Shown: positions 14,401 through 28,949 of the stretch, in pieces
How the letters are laid out: each line of letters starts with the position of its first letter
How positions within the stretch are numbered: the first letter of the stretch is position 1
Assembly (NCBI GenBank): GCA_040954595.2
Contig: CM082591.2
Location: forward strand, 10,495,309 to 10,559,308
Length of the DNA: 64,000 bases
Direction: 5' to 3'
Source of the DNA: Balanoglossus misakiensis
Lineage: Eukaryota; Animalia; Hemichordata
Made by a program: the position numbers and the translations under genes
Notes under the pieces: model-generated
Databases searched by the model: none
What the model was told of the DNA's origin: nothing
Seen by the model: only the letters and a program-made list of their open reading frames with translations

Positions 14401-17400
14401 AACTTTCTTATCCTCATAGGCCTATCATGTGTTTTGCGCATCACAACAGAATTTTGTAAACAAACGAGGCTGTGTTTGGAAGCAACCATGGAAAGTTTAG
14501 AACTATCCGTCGATCTACAGAGTCTAGTGGAAAACTTTCTTATGCGCATAGACCTATCATGTGTTCTGCGCATCACAACAGAATTTTGTAAACAAACGAG
14601 GCTGTGTTTGGAAGCAACAATGGAAACTTTAGAACTATCCGTCGATCTACAGAGTCTAGAGGAAAACTTTCTTATCCTCATAGACCTATCATGTGTTCTG
14701 CGCATCACAACTGAATTTTGTAAACAAACGAGGCTGTGTTTGGAAGCAACCATGGAAAGTTTAGAACTATCCGTCGATCTACAGAGTCTAGTGGAAAACT
14801 TTCTTATGCGCATAGACCTATCATGTGTTCTGCGCATCACAACAGAATTTTGTAAACAAACGAGGCTGTGTTTGGAAGCAACAATGGAAACTTTAGAACT
14901 ATCCGTCGATCTACAGAGTCTAGAGGAAAACTTTCTTATCCTCATAGGCCTATCATGTGTTCTGCGCATCACAACAGAATTTTGTAAACAAACGAGGCTG
15001 TGTTTGGAAGCATCAATGGAAACTTTAGAACTATCCGTCGATCTACAGAGTCTAGTGGAAAACTTTCTTATCCTCATAGGCCTATCATGTGTTTTGCGCA
15101 TCACAACAGAATTTTGTAAACAAACGAGGCTGTGTTTGGAAGCAACCATGGAAACTTTAGAACTATCCGTCGATCTACAGAGTCTAGTGGAAAACTTTCT
15201 TATGCGCATAGACCTATCATGTGTTCTGCGCATCACAACAGAATTTTGTAAACAAACGAGGCTGTGTTTGGAAGCAACCATGGAAAGTTTAGAACTATCC
15301 GTCGATCTACAGAGTCTAGTGGAAAACTTTCTTATGCGCATAGACCTATCATGTGTTCTGCGCATCACAACAGAATTTTGTAAACAAACGAGGCTGTGTT
15401 TGGAAGCAACAATGGAAACTTTAGAACTATCCGTCGATCTACAGAGTCTAGAGGAAAACTTTCTTATCCTCATAGACCTATCATGTGTTCTGCGCATCAC
15501 AACTGAATTTTGTAAACAAACGAGGCTGTGTTTGGAAGCAACCATGGAAAGTTTAGAACTATCCGTCGATCTACAGAGTCTAGTGGAAAACTTTCTTATG
15601 CGCATAGACCTATCATGTGTTCTGCGCATCACAACAGAATTTTGTAAACAAACGAGGCTGTGTTTGGAAGCAACAATGGAAACTTTAGAACTATCCGTCG
15701 ATCTACAGAGTCTAGAGGAAAACTTTCTTATCCTCATAGGCCTATCATGTGTTCTGCGCATCACAACAGAATTTTGTAAACAAACGAGGCTGTGTTTGGA
15801 AGCATCAATGGAAACTTTAGAACTATCCGTCGATCAACAGAGTCTAGTGGAAAACTTTCTTATCCTCATAGGCCTATCATGTGTTTTGCGCATCACAACA
15901 GAATTTTGTAAACAAACGAGGCTGTGTTTGGAAGCAACCATGGAAAGTTTAGAACTATCCGTCGATCTACAGAGTCTAGTGGAAAACTTTCTTATGCGCA
16001 TAGACCTATCATGTGTTCTGCGCATCACACCAGAATTTTGTAAACAAACGAGGCTGTGTTTGGAAGCAACCATGGAACTATCCGTCGATCTACAGAGTCT
16101 AATGGAAAACTTTCTTATCCTCATAGGCCTATCATGTGTTCTGCGCATCACAACTGAATTTTGTAAACAAACGAGGCTGTGTTTGGAAGCATCAATGGAA
16201 ACTTTAGAACTATTCGTCGATCTACAGAGTCTTGTGGAAAACTTTCTTATCCTCATAGGCCTATCATGTGTTTTGCGCATCACAACAGAATTTTGTAAAC
16301 AAACGAGGCTGTGTTTGGAAGCAACCATGGAAACTTTAGAACTATCCGTCGATCTACAGAGTGTAGTGGAAAACTTTCTTATCCTCATAGGCCTATCATG
16401 TGTTCTGCGCATCACAACAGAATTTTGTAAACAAACGAGGCTGTGTTTGGAAGCAACAATGGAAACTTTAGAACTATCCGTCGATCTACAGAGTCTAGTG
16501 GAAAACTTTCTTATCCTCATAGGCCTATCATGTGTTCTGCGCATCACAACAGAATTTTGTAAACAAACGAGGCTGTGTTTGGAAGCAACCATGGAAACTT
16601 TAGAACTATCCGTCGATCTACAGAGTCTAGTGGAAAACTTTCTTATGCGCATAGACCTATCATGTGTTCTGCGCATCACAACAGAATTTTGTAAACAAAC
16701 GAGGCTGTGTTTGGAAGCAACCATGGAAAGTTTAGAACTATCCGTCGATCTACAGAGTCTAGTGGAAAACTTTCTTATGCGCATAGACCTATCATGTGTT
16801 CTGCGCATCACAACAGAATTTTGTAAACAAACGAGGCTGTGTTTGGAAGCAACAATGGAAACTTTAGAACTATCCGTCGATCTACAGAGTCTAGAGGAAA
16901 ACTTTCTTATCCTCATAGACCTATCATGTGTTCTGCGCATCACAACTGAATTTTGTAAACAAACGAGGCTGTGTTTGGAAGCAACCATGGAAAGTTTAGA
17001 ACTATCCGTCGATCTACAGAGTCTAGTGGAAAACTTTCTTATGCGCATAGACCTATCATGTGTTCTGCGCATCACAACAGAATTTTGTAAACAAACGAGG
17101 CTGTGTTTGGAAGCAACAATGGAAACTTTAGAACTATCCGTCGATCTACAGAGTCTAGAGGAAAACTTTCTTATCCTCATAGGCCTATCATGTGTTCTGC
17201 GCATCACAACAGAATTTTGTAAACAAACGAGGCTGTGTTTGGAAGCATCAATGGAAACTTTAGAACTATCCGTCGATCAACAGAGTCTAGTGGAAAACTT
17301 TCTTATCCTCATAGGCCTATCATGTGTTTTGCGCATCACAACAGAATTTTGTAAACAAACGAGGCTGTGTTTGGAAGCAACCATGGAAAGTTTAGAACTA

Positions 17401-20400
17401 TCCGTCGATCTACAGAGTCTAGTGGAAAACTTTCTTATGCGCATAGACCTATCATGTGTTCTGCGCATCACACCAGAATTTTGTAAACAAACGAGGCTGT
17501 GTTTGGAAGAAACAATGGAAACTTTAGAACTATCCGTCGATCTACAGAGTCTAGAGGAAAACTTTCTTATCCTCATAGACCTATCATGTGTTCTGCGCAT
17601 CACAACAGAATTTTGTAAACAAACAAGGCTGTGTTTGGAAGCAACCATGGAAACTTTAGAACTATCCGTCGATCTACAGAGTCTAGTGGAAAACTTTCTT
17701 ATGCGCATAGACCTATCATGTGTTCTGCGCATCACACCAGAATTTTGTAAACAAACGAGGCTGTGTTTGGAAGCAACCATGGAACTATCCGTCGATCTAC
17801 AGAGTCTAATGGAAAACTTTCTTATCCTCATAGGCCTATCATGTGTTCTGCGCATCACAACTGAATTTTGTAAACAAACGAGGCTGTGTTTGGAAGCATC
17901 AATGGAAACTTTAGAACTATCCGTCGATCTACAGAGTCTTGTGGAAAACTTTCTTATCCTCATAGGCCTATCATGTGTTTTGCGCATCACAACAGATTTT
18001 GTAAACAAACGAGGCTGTGTTTGGAAGCAACCATGGAAACTTTAGAACTATCCGTCGATCTACAGAGTCTAGAGGAAAACTTTCTTATCCTCATAGACCT
18101 ATCATGTGTTCTGCGCATCACAACAGAATTTTGTAAACAAACGAGGCTGTGTTTGGAAGCAACAATGGAAACTTTAGAACTATCCGTCGATCTACAGAGT
18201 CTAGAGGAAAACTTTCTTATCCTCATAGGCCTATCATGTGTTCTGCGCATCACAACAGAATTTTGTAAACAAACGAGGCTGTGTTTGGAAGCAACAATGA
18301 AACTATCCGTCGATCTACAGAGTCTAATGGAAAACTATCTTATCCTCATAGGCCTATCATGTGTTCTGCGCATCACAACAGAATTTTGTAAACAAACGAG
18401 GCTGTGTTTGGAAGCATCAATGGAAACTTTAGAACTATCCGTCGATCAACAGAGTCTAGTGGAAAACTTTCTTATCCTCATAGGCCTATCATGTGTTTTG
18501 CGCATCACAACAGAATTTTGTAAACAAACGAGGCTGTGTTTGGAAGCATCAATGGAAACTTTAGAACTATCCGTCGATCAACAGAGTCTAGTGGAAAACT
18601 TTCTTATCCTCATAGGCCTATCATGTGTTTTGCGCATCACAACAGAATTTTGTAAACAAACGAGGCTGTGTTTGGAAGCAACCATGGAAAGTTTAGAACT
18701 ATCCGTCGATCTACAGAGTCTAGTGGAAAACTTTCTTATGCGCATAGACCTATCATGTGTTCTGCGCATCACACCAGAATTTTGTAAACAAACGAGGCTG
18801 TGTTTGGAAGAAACAATGGAAACTTTAGAACTATCCGTCGATCTACAGAGTCTAGAGGAAAACTTTCTTATCCTCATAGACCTATCATGTGTTCTGCGCA
18901 TCACAACAGAATTTTGTAAACAAACAAGGCTGTGTTTGGAAGCAACCATGGAAACTTTAGAACTATCCGTCGATCTACAGAGTCTAGTGGAAAACTTTCT
19001 TATGCGCATAGACCTATCATGTGTTCTGCGCATCACACCAGAATTTTGTAAACAAACGAGGCTGTGTTTGGAAGCAACCATGGAACTATCCTTTGATCTA
19101 CAGAGTCTAATGGAAAACTTTCTTATCCTCATAGGCCTATCATGTGTTCTGCGCATCACAACTGAATTTTGTAAACAAACGAGGCTGTGTTTGGAAGCAT
19201 CAATGGAAACTTTAGAACTATCCGTCGATCTACAGAGTCTTGTGGAAAACTTTCTTATCCTCATAGGCCTATCATGTGTTTTGCGCATCACAACAGAATT
19301 TTGTAAACAAACGAGGCTGTGTTTGGAAGCAACCATGGAAACTTTAGAACTATCCGTCGATCTACAGAGTGTAGTGGAAAACTTTCTTATCCTCATAGGC
19401 CTATCATGTGTTCTGCGCATCACAACAGAATTTTGTAAACAAACGAGGCTGTGTTTGGAAGCAACAATGGAAACTTTAGAACTATCCGTCGATCTACAGA
19501 GTCTAGTGGAAAACTTTCTTATCCTCATAGGCCTATCATGTGTTCTGCGCATCACAACAGAATTTTGTAAACAAACGAGGCTGTGTTTGGAAGCAACCAT
19601 GGAAACTTTAGAACTATCCGTCGATCTACAGAGTCTAGTGGAAAACTTTCTTATGCGCATAGACCTATCATGTGTTCTGCGCATCACAACAGAATTTTGT
19701 AAACAAACGAGGCTGTGTTTGGAAGCAACCATGGAAAGTTTAGAACTATCCGTCGATCTACAGAGTCTAGTGGAAAACTTTCTTATGCGCATAGACCTAT
19801 CATGTGTTCTGCGCATCACAACAGAATTTTGTAAACAAACGAGGCTGTGTTTGGAAGCAACAATGGAAACTTTAGAACTATCCGTCGATCTACAGAGTCT
19901 AGAGGAAAACTTTCTTATCCTCATAGACCTATCATGTGTTCTGCGCATCACAACTGAATTTTGTAAACAAACGAGGCTGTGTTTGGAAGCAACCATGGAA
20001 AGTTTAGAACTATCCGTCGATCTACAGAGTCTAGTGGAAAACTTTCTCATGCGCATAGACCTATCATGTGTTCTGCGCATCACAACAGAATTTTGTAAAC
20101 AAACGAGGCTGTGTTTGGAAGCAACAATGGAAACTTTAGAACTATCCGTCGATCTACAGAGTATAGAGGAAAACTTTCTTATCCTCATAGGCCTATCATG
20201 TGTTCTGCGCATCACAACAGAATTTTGTAAACAAACGAGGCTGTGTTTGGAAGCATCAATGGAAACTTTAGAACTATCCGTCGATCAACAGAGTCTAGTG
20301 GAAAACTTTCTTATCCTCATAGGCCTATCATGTGTTTTGCGCATCACAACAGAATTTTGTAAACAAACGAGGCTGTGTTTGGAAGCAACCATGGAAAGTT

Positions 20401-23400
20401 TAGAACTATCCGTCGATCTACAGAGTCTAGTGGAAAACTTTCTTATGCGCATAGACCTATCATGTGTTCTGCGCATCACACCAGAATTTTGTAAACAAAC
20501 GAGGCTGTGTTTGGAAGAAACAATGGAAACTTTAGAACTATCTGTCGATCTACAGAGTCTAGAGGAAAACTTTCTTATCCTCATAGACCTATCATGTGTT
20601 CTGCGCATCACAACAGAATTTTGTAAACAAACAAGGCTGTGTTTGGAAGCAACCATGGAAACTTTAGAACTATCCGTCGATCTACAGAGTCTAGTGGAAA
20701 ACTTTCTTATGCGCATAGACCTATCATGTGTTCTGCGCATCACACCAGAATTTTGTAAACAAACGAGGCTGTGTTTGGAAGCAACCATGGAACTATCCGT
20801 CGATCTACAGAGTCTAATGGAAAACTTTCTTATCCTCATAGGCCTATCATGTGTTCTGCGCATCACAACTGAATTTTGTAAACAAACGAGGCTGTGTTTG
20901 GAAGCATCAATGGAAACTTTAGAACTATCCGTCGATCTACAGAGTCTTGTGGAAAACTTTCTTATCCTCATAGGCCTATCATGTGTTTTGCGCATCACAA
21001 CAGAATTTTGTAAACAAACGAGGCTGTGTTTGGAAGCAACCATGGAAACTTTAGAACTATCCGTCGATCTACAGAGTGTAGTGGAAAACTTTCTTATCCT
21101 CATAGGCCTATCATGTGTTCTTCGCATCACAACAGAATTTTGTAAACAAACGAGGCTGTGTTTGGAAGCAACCATGGAAACTTTAGAACTATCCGTCGAT
21201 CTACAGAGTGTAGTGGAAAACTTTCTTATCCTCATAGGCCTATCATGTGTTCTGCGCATCACAACAGAATTTTGTAAACAAACGAGGCTGTGTTTGGAAG
21301 CAACAATGGAAACTTTAGAACTATCCGTCGATCTACAGAGTCTAGTGGAAAACTTTCTTATCCTCATAGGCCTATCATGTGTTCTGCGCATCACAACAGA
21401 ATTTTGTAAACAAACGAGGCTGTGTTTGGAAGCAACAATAGAAACTTTAGAACTATCCGTCGATCTACAGAGTCTAGTGGAAAACCTTCTTATCCTCATG
21501 GACCTATCATGTGTTCTGCGCATCACAACAGAATTTTGTAAACAAACGAAGCTGTGTTTGGAAGCAACCATGGAAAGTTTAGAACTATCCGTCGATCTAC
21601 AGAGTCTAGTGGAAAACTTTTTTATGCGCATAGACCTATCATGTGTTCTGCGCATCACAACAGAATTTTGTAAACAAACGAGGCTGTGTTTGGAAGCAAC
21701 CATGGAAACTTTAGAACTATCCGTCGATCTACAGAGTGTAGTGGAAAACTTTCTTATCCTCATAGGCCTATCATGTGTTCTGCGCATCACAACAGAATTT
21801 TGTAAACAAACGAGGCTGTGTTTGGAAGCAACAATGGAAACTTTAGAACTATCCGTCGATCTACAGAGTCTAGTGGAAAACTTTCTTATCCTCATGGACC
21901 TATCATGTGTTCTGCGCATCACAACAGAATTTTGTAAACAAACGAGGCTGTGTTTGGAAGCAACCATGGAAACTTTAGAACTATCCGTCGATCTACAGAG
22001 TCTAGTGGAAATCTTTCTTATCCTCATAGACCTATCATGTGTTCTGCGCATCACAACAGAATTTGTAAACAAACGAGGCTGTCTTTAGAAGCAACCATGG
22101 AAACTTTAAAACTATCCGTCGATCTACAGAGTCTAGTGGAAAACTTTCTTATGCGCATAGACCTATCATGTGTTCTGCGCATCACAACAGAATTTTGTAA
22201 ACAAACGAGGCCGTGTTTGGAAGCAACCATGGAAAGTTTAGAACTATCCGTCGATCTACAGAGTCTAGTGGAAAACTTTCTTATGCGCATAGACCTATCA
22301 TGTGTTCTGCGCATCACAACAGAATTTTGTAAACAAACGAGGCTGTGTTTGGAAGCAACAATGGAAACTTTAGAACTATCCGTCGATCTACAGAGTCTAG
22401 AGGAAAACTTTCTTATCCTCATAGACCTATCATGTGTTCTGCGCATCACAACAGAATTTTGTAAACAAACAAGGCTGTGTTTGGAAGCAACCATGGAAAC
22501 TTTAGAACTATCCGTCGATCTACAGAGTCTAGTGGAAAACTTTCTTATGCGCATAGACCTATCATGTGTTCTGCGCATCACACCAGAATTTTGTAAACAA
22601 ACGAGGCTGTGTTTGGAAGCAACAATGGAAACTTTAGAACTATCCGTCGATCTACAGAGTCTAGTGGAAAACTTTCTTATCCTCATAGGCCTATCATGTG
22701 TTCTGCGCATCACAACAGAATTTTGTAAACAAACGAGGCTGTCTTTGGAAGCAACCATGGAAACTTTAGAACTATCCGTCGATCTACAGAGTCTAGTGGA
22801 AAACTTTCTTATGCGCATAGACCTATCATGTGTTCTGCGCATCACAACAGAATTTTGTAAACAAACGAGGCTGTGTTTGGAAGCAACAATGGAAACTTTA
22901 GAACTATCCGTCGATCTACAGAGTCTAGAGGAAAACTTTCTTATCCTCATAGACCTATCATGTGTTCTGCGCATCACAACAGAATTTTGTAAACAAACGA
23001 GGCTGTGTTTGGAAGCAACAATGGAAACTTTAGAACTATCCGTCGATCTACAGAGTCTAGAGGAAAACTTTCTTATCCTCATAGGCCTATCATGTGTTCT
23101 GCGCATCACAACAGAATTTTGTAAACAAACGAGGCTGTGTTTGGAAGCAACAATGAAACTATCCGTCGATCAACAGAGTCTAATGGAAAACTATCTTATC
23201 CTCATAGGCCTATCATGTGTTCTGCGCATCACAACAGAATTTTGTAAACAAACGAGGCTGTGTTTGGAAGCATCAATGGAAACTTTAGAACTATCCGTCG
23301 ATCAACAGAGTCTAGTGGAAAACTTTCTTATCCTCATAGGCCTATCATGTGTTTTGCGCATCACAACAGAATTTTGTAAACAAACGAGGCTGTGTTTGGA

Positions 23401-25900
23401 AGCAACCATGGAAACTTTAGAACTATCCGTCGATCTACAGAGTCTAGTGGAAAACTTTCTTATGCGCATAGACCTATCATGTGTTCTGCGCATCACACCA
23501 GAATTTTGTAAACAAACGAGGCTGTGTTTGGAAGAAACAATGGAAACTTTAGAACTATCCGTCGATCTACAGAGTCTAGAGGAAAACTTTCTTATCCTCA
23601 TAGACCTATCATGTGTTCTGCGCATCACAACAGAATTTTGTAAACAAACAAGGCTGTGTTTGGAAGCAACCATGGAAACTTTAGAACTATCCGTCGATCT
23701 ACAGAGTCTAGTGGAAAACTTTCTTATGCGCATAGACCTATCATGTGTTCTGCGCATCACACCAGAATTTTGTAAACAAACGAGGCTGTGTTTGGAAGCA
23801 ACAATGGAAACTTTAGAACTATCCGTCGATCTACAGAGTCTAGTGGAAAACTTTCTTATCCTCATAGGCCTATCATGTGTTCTGCGCATCACAACAGAAT
23901 TTTGTAAACAAACGAGGCTGTCTTTGGAAGCAACCATGGAAACTTTAGAACTATCCGTCGATCTACAGAGTCTAGTGGAAAACTTTCTTATGCGCATAGA
24001 CCTATCATGTGTTCTGCGCATCACAACAGAATTTTGTAAACAAACGAGGCTGTGTTTGGAAGCAACAATGGAAACTTTAGAACTATCCGTCGATCTACAG
24101 AGTCTAGAGGAAAACTTTCTTATCCTCATAGACCTATCATGTGTTCTGCGCATCACAACAGAATTTTGTAAACAAACGAGGCTGTGTTTGGAAGCAACAA
24201 TGGAAACTTTAGAACTATCCGTCGATCTACAGAGTCTAGAGGAAAACTTTCTTATCCTCATAGGCCTATTATGTGTTCTGCGCATCACAACAGAATTTTG
24301 TAAACAAACGAGGCTGTGTTTGGAAGCAACAATGAAACTATCCGTCGATCTACAGAGTCTAGTGGAAAACTTTCTTATGCGCATAGACCTATCATGTGTT
24401 CTGCGCATCACACCAGAATTGTGTAAACAAACGAGGCTGTGTTTGGAAGAAACAATGGAAACTTTAGAACTATCCGTCGATCTACAGAGTCTAGAGGAAA
24501 ACTTTCTTATCCTCATAGACCTATCATGTGTTCTGCGCATCACAACAGAATTTTGTAAACAAACAAGGCTGTGTTTGGAAGCAACCATGGAAACTTTAGA
24601 ACTATCCGTCGATCTACAGAGTCTAGTGGAAAACTTTCTTATGCGCATAGACCTATCATGTGTTCTGCGCATCACACCAGAATTTTGTAAACAAACGAGG
24701 CTGTGTTTGGAAGCAACCATGGAACTATCCGTCGATCTACAGAGTCTAATGGAAAACTTTCTTATCCTCATAGGCCTATCATGTGTTCTGCGCATCACAA
24801 CTGAATTTTGTAAACAAACGAGGCTGTGTTTGGAAGCATCAATGGAAACTTTAGAACTATCCGTCGATCTACAGAGTCTTGTGGAAAACTTTCTTATCCT
24901 CATAGGCCTATCATGTGTTTTGCGCATCACAACAGAATTTTGTAAACAAACGAGGCTGTGTTTGGAAGCAACCATGGAAACTTTAGAACTATCCGTCGAT
25001 CTACAGAGTCTAGTGGAAAACTTTCTTATGCGCATAGACCTATCATGTGTTCTGCGCATCACACCAGAATTTTGTAAACAAACGAGGCTGTGTTTGGAAG
25101 AAACAATGGAAACTTTAGAACTATCCGTCGATCTACAGAGTCTAGAGGAAACCTTTCTTATCCTCATAGACCTATCATGTGTTCTGCGCATCACAACAGA
25201 ATTTTGTAAACAAACAAGGCTGTGTTTGGAAGCAACCATGGAAACTTTAGAACTATCCGTCGATCTACAGAGTCTAGTGGAAAACTTTCTTATGCGCATA
25301 GACCTATCATGTGTTCTGCGCATCACACCAGAATTTTGTAAACAAACGAGGCTGTGTTTGGAAGCAACCATGGAACTATCCGTCGATCTACAGAGTCTAA
25401 TGGAAAACTTTCTTATCCTCATAGGCCTATCATGTGTTCTGCGCATCACAACTGAATTTTGTAAACAAACGAGGCTGTGTTTGGAAGCATCAATGGAAAC
25501 TTTAGAACTATCCGTCGATCTACAGAGTCTTGTGGAAAACTTTCTTATCCTCATAGGCCTATCATGTGTTTTGCGCATCACAACAGAATTTTGTAAACAA
25601 ACGAGGCTGTGTTTGGAAGCAACCATGGAAACTTTAGAACTATCCGTCGATCTACAGAGTGTAGTGGAAAACTTTCTTATCCTCATAGGCCTATCATGTG
25701 TTCTGCGCATCACAACAGAATTTTGTAAACAAACGAGGCTGTGTTTGGAAGCAACAATGGAAACTTTAGAACTATCCGTCGATCTACAGAGTCTAGTGGA
25801 AAACTTTCTTATCCTCATAGGCCTATCATGTGTTCTGCGCATCACAACAGAATTTTGTAAACAAACGAGGCTGTGTTTGGAAGCAACAATGGAAACTTTA
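8400..25900. repeat. Satellite domain with variable 5- to 13-mer higher-order repeats (periods 1566, 1452, 1443, 1707, 660, 651 bp)
   Basis: AAACTATCTT marker at 8508 and 10074 (1566=12x132-18). GATCAAC marker at 14382, 15834, 17277 (1452, 1443) and at 18578, 20285 (1707=13x132-9). GAAGAAAC at 24446 and 25097 (651). Shared domain markers: GCATCAATG, GTTTTGCG, ACTGAA, CTAATGG. Confidence 0.85.
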
Positions 25901-28900
25901 GAACTATCCGTCGATCTACAGAGTCTAGTGGAAAACTTTCTTATCCTCATGGACCTATCATGTGTTCTGCGCATCACAACAGAATTTTGTAAACAAACGA
26001 AGCTGTGTTTGGAAGCAACCATGGAAAGTTTAGAACTATCCGTCGATCTACAGAGTCTAGTGGAAAACTTTTTTATGCGCATAGACCTATCATGTGTTCT
26101 GCGCATCACAACAGAATTTTGTAAACAAACGAGGCTGTGTTTGGAAGCAACCATGGAAACTTTAGAACTATCCGTCGATCTACAGAGTCTAGTGGAAATC
26201 TTTCTTATCCTCATAGACCTATCATGTGTTCTGCGCATCACAACAGAATTTTGTAAACAAACGAGGCTGTCTTTGGAAGCAACCATGGAAACTTTAGAAC
26301 TATCCGTCGATCTACAGAGTCTAGTGGAAAACTTTCTTATGCACATAGACCTATCATGTGTTCTGCGCATCACAACAGAATTTTGTAAACAAACGAGGCT
26401 GTGTTTGGAAGCAACCATGGAAACTTTAGAACTATCCGTCGATCTACAGAGTCTAGTGGAAAACTTTCTTATGCGCATAGACCTATCATGTGTTCTGCGC
26501 ATCACAACAGAATTTTGTAAACAAACGAGGCTGTGTTTGGAAGCAACAATGGAAACTTTAGAACTATCCGTCGATCTACAGAGTCTAGAGGAAAACTTTC
26601 TTATCCTCATAGACCTATCATGTGTTCTGCGCATCACAACAGAATTTTGTAAACAAACAAGGCTGTGTTTGGAAGCAACCATGGAAACTTTAGAACTATC
26701 CGTCGATCTACAGAGTCTAGTGGAAAACTTTCTTATGCGCATAGACCTATCATGTGTTCTGCGCATCACACCAGAATTTTGTAAACAAACGAGGCTGTGT
26801 TTGGAAGCAACAATGGAAACTTTAGAACTATCCGTCGATCTACAGAGTCTAGAGGAAAACTTTCTTATCCTCATAGACCTATCATGTGTTCTGCGCATCA
26901 CAACAGAATTTTGTAAAGAAACAAGGCTGTGTTTGGAAGCAACCATGGAAACTTTAGAACTATCCGTCGATCTACAGAGTCTAGTGGACAACTTTCTTAT
27001 CCTCATAGGCCTATCATGTGTTCTGCGCATCACAACAGAATTTTGTAAACAAACGAGGCTGTCTTTGGAAGCAACCATGGAAACTTTAGAACTATCCGTC
27101 GATCTACAGAGTCTAGTGGAAAACTTTCTTATGCGCATAGACCTATCATGTGTTCTGCGCATCACAACAGAATTTTGTAAACAAACGAGGCTGTGTTTGG
27201 AAGCAACCATGGAAACTTTAGAACTATCCGTCGATCTACAGAGTCTAGTGGAAATCTTTCTTATCCTCATAGACCTATCATGTGTTCTGCGCATCACAAC
27301 AGAATTTTGTAAACAAACGAGGCTGTCTTTGGAAGCAACCATGGAAACTTTAGAACTATCCGTCGATCTACAGAGTCTAGAGGAAAACTTTCTTATCCTC
27401 ATAGACCTATCATGTGTTCTGCGCATCACAACAGAATTTTGTAAACAAACAAGGCTGTGTTTGGAAGCAACCATGGAAACTTTAGAACTATCCGTCGATC
27501 TACAGAGTCTAGTGGAAAACTTTCTTATGCGCATAGACCTATCATGTGTTCTGCGCATCACACCAGAATTTTGTAAACAAACGAGGCTGTGTTTGGAAGC
27601 AACAATGGAAACTTTAGAACTATCCGTCGATCTACAGAGTCTAGAGGAAAACTTTCTTATCCTCATAGACCTATCATGTGTTCTGCGCATCACAACAGAA
27701 TTTTGTAAACAAACAAGGCTGTGTTTGGAAGCAACCATGGAAACTTTAGAACTATCCGTCGATCTACAGAGTCTAGTGGAAAACTTTCTTATCCTCATAG
27801 GCCTATCATGTGTTCTGCGCATCACAACAGAATTTTGTAAACAAACGAGGCTGTCTTTGGAAGCAACCATGGAAACTTTAGAACTATCCGTCGATCTACA
27901 GAATCTAGTGGAAAACTTTCTTATGCGCATAGACCTATCATGTGTTCTGCGCATCACAACAGAATTTTGTAAACAAACGAGGCTGTGTTTGGAAGCAACA
28001 ATGGAAACTTTAGAACTATCCGTCGATCTACAGAGTCTAGAGGAAAACTTTCTTATCCTCATAGACCTATCATGTGTTCTGCGCATCACAACAGAATTTT
28101 GTAAACAAACAAGGCTGTGTTTGGAAGCAACCATGGAAACTTTAGAACTATCCGTCGATCTACAGAGTCTAGTGGAAAACATTCTTATGCGCATAGACCT
28201 ATCATGTGTTCTGCGCATCACAACAGAATTTTGTAAACAAACAAGGCTGTGTTTGGAAGCAACCATGGAAACTTTAGAACTATCCGTCGATCTACAGAGT
28301 CTAGTGGAAAACTTTCTTATGCGCATAGACCTATCATGTGTTCTGCGCATCACACCAGAATTTTGTAAACAAACGAGGCTGTGTTTGGAAGCAACAATGG
28401 AAACTTTAGAACTATCCGTCGATCTACAGAGTCTAGAGGAAAACTTTCTTATCCTCATAGACCTATCATGTGTTCTGCGCATCACAACAGAATTTTGTAA
28501 ACAAACAAGGCTGTGTTTGGAAGCAACCATGGAAACTTTAGAACTATCCGTCGATCTACAGAGTCTAGTGGAAAACTTTCTTATCCTCATAGGCCTATCA
28601 TGTGTTCTGCGCATCACAACAGAATTTTGTAAACAAACGAGGCTGTCTTTGGAAGCAACCATGGAAACTTTAGAACTATCCGTCGATCTACAGAATCTAG
28701 TGGAAAACTTTCTTATGCGCATAGACCTATCATGTGTTCTGCGCATCACAACAGAATTTTGTAAACAAACGAGGCTGTGTTTGGAAGCAACCATGGAAAG
28801 TTTAGAACTATCCGTCGATCTACAGAGTCTAGTGGAAAACTTTCTTATGCGCATAGACCTATCATGTGTTCTGCGCATCACAACAGAATTTTGTAAACAA

Positions 28901-28949
28901 ACGAGGCTGTGTTTGGAAGCAACCATGGAAAGTTTAGAACTATCCGTCG

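Noticed and set aside
9244-18045. 2933-aa ORF, and all other plus-strand 44-aa-repeat ORFs, as real CDS
   Set aside because: They are translations of the satellite with no unique termini or recognisable domain. Variants are mostly non-synonymous, and stops and frameshifts are propagated in HORs.
17990-22070. Single-copy 1-bp indels (~17996, ~22061; also ~37424, ~52905) as programmed frameshifts
   Set aside because: They are singletons in short homopolymers, consistent with sequencing error or ordinary slippage.
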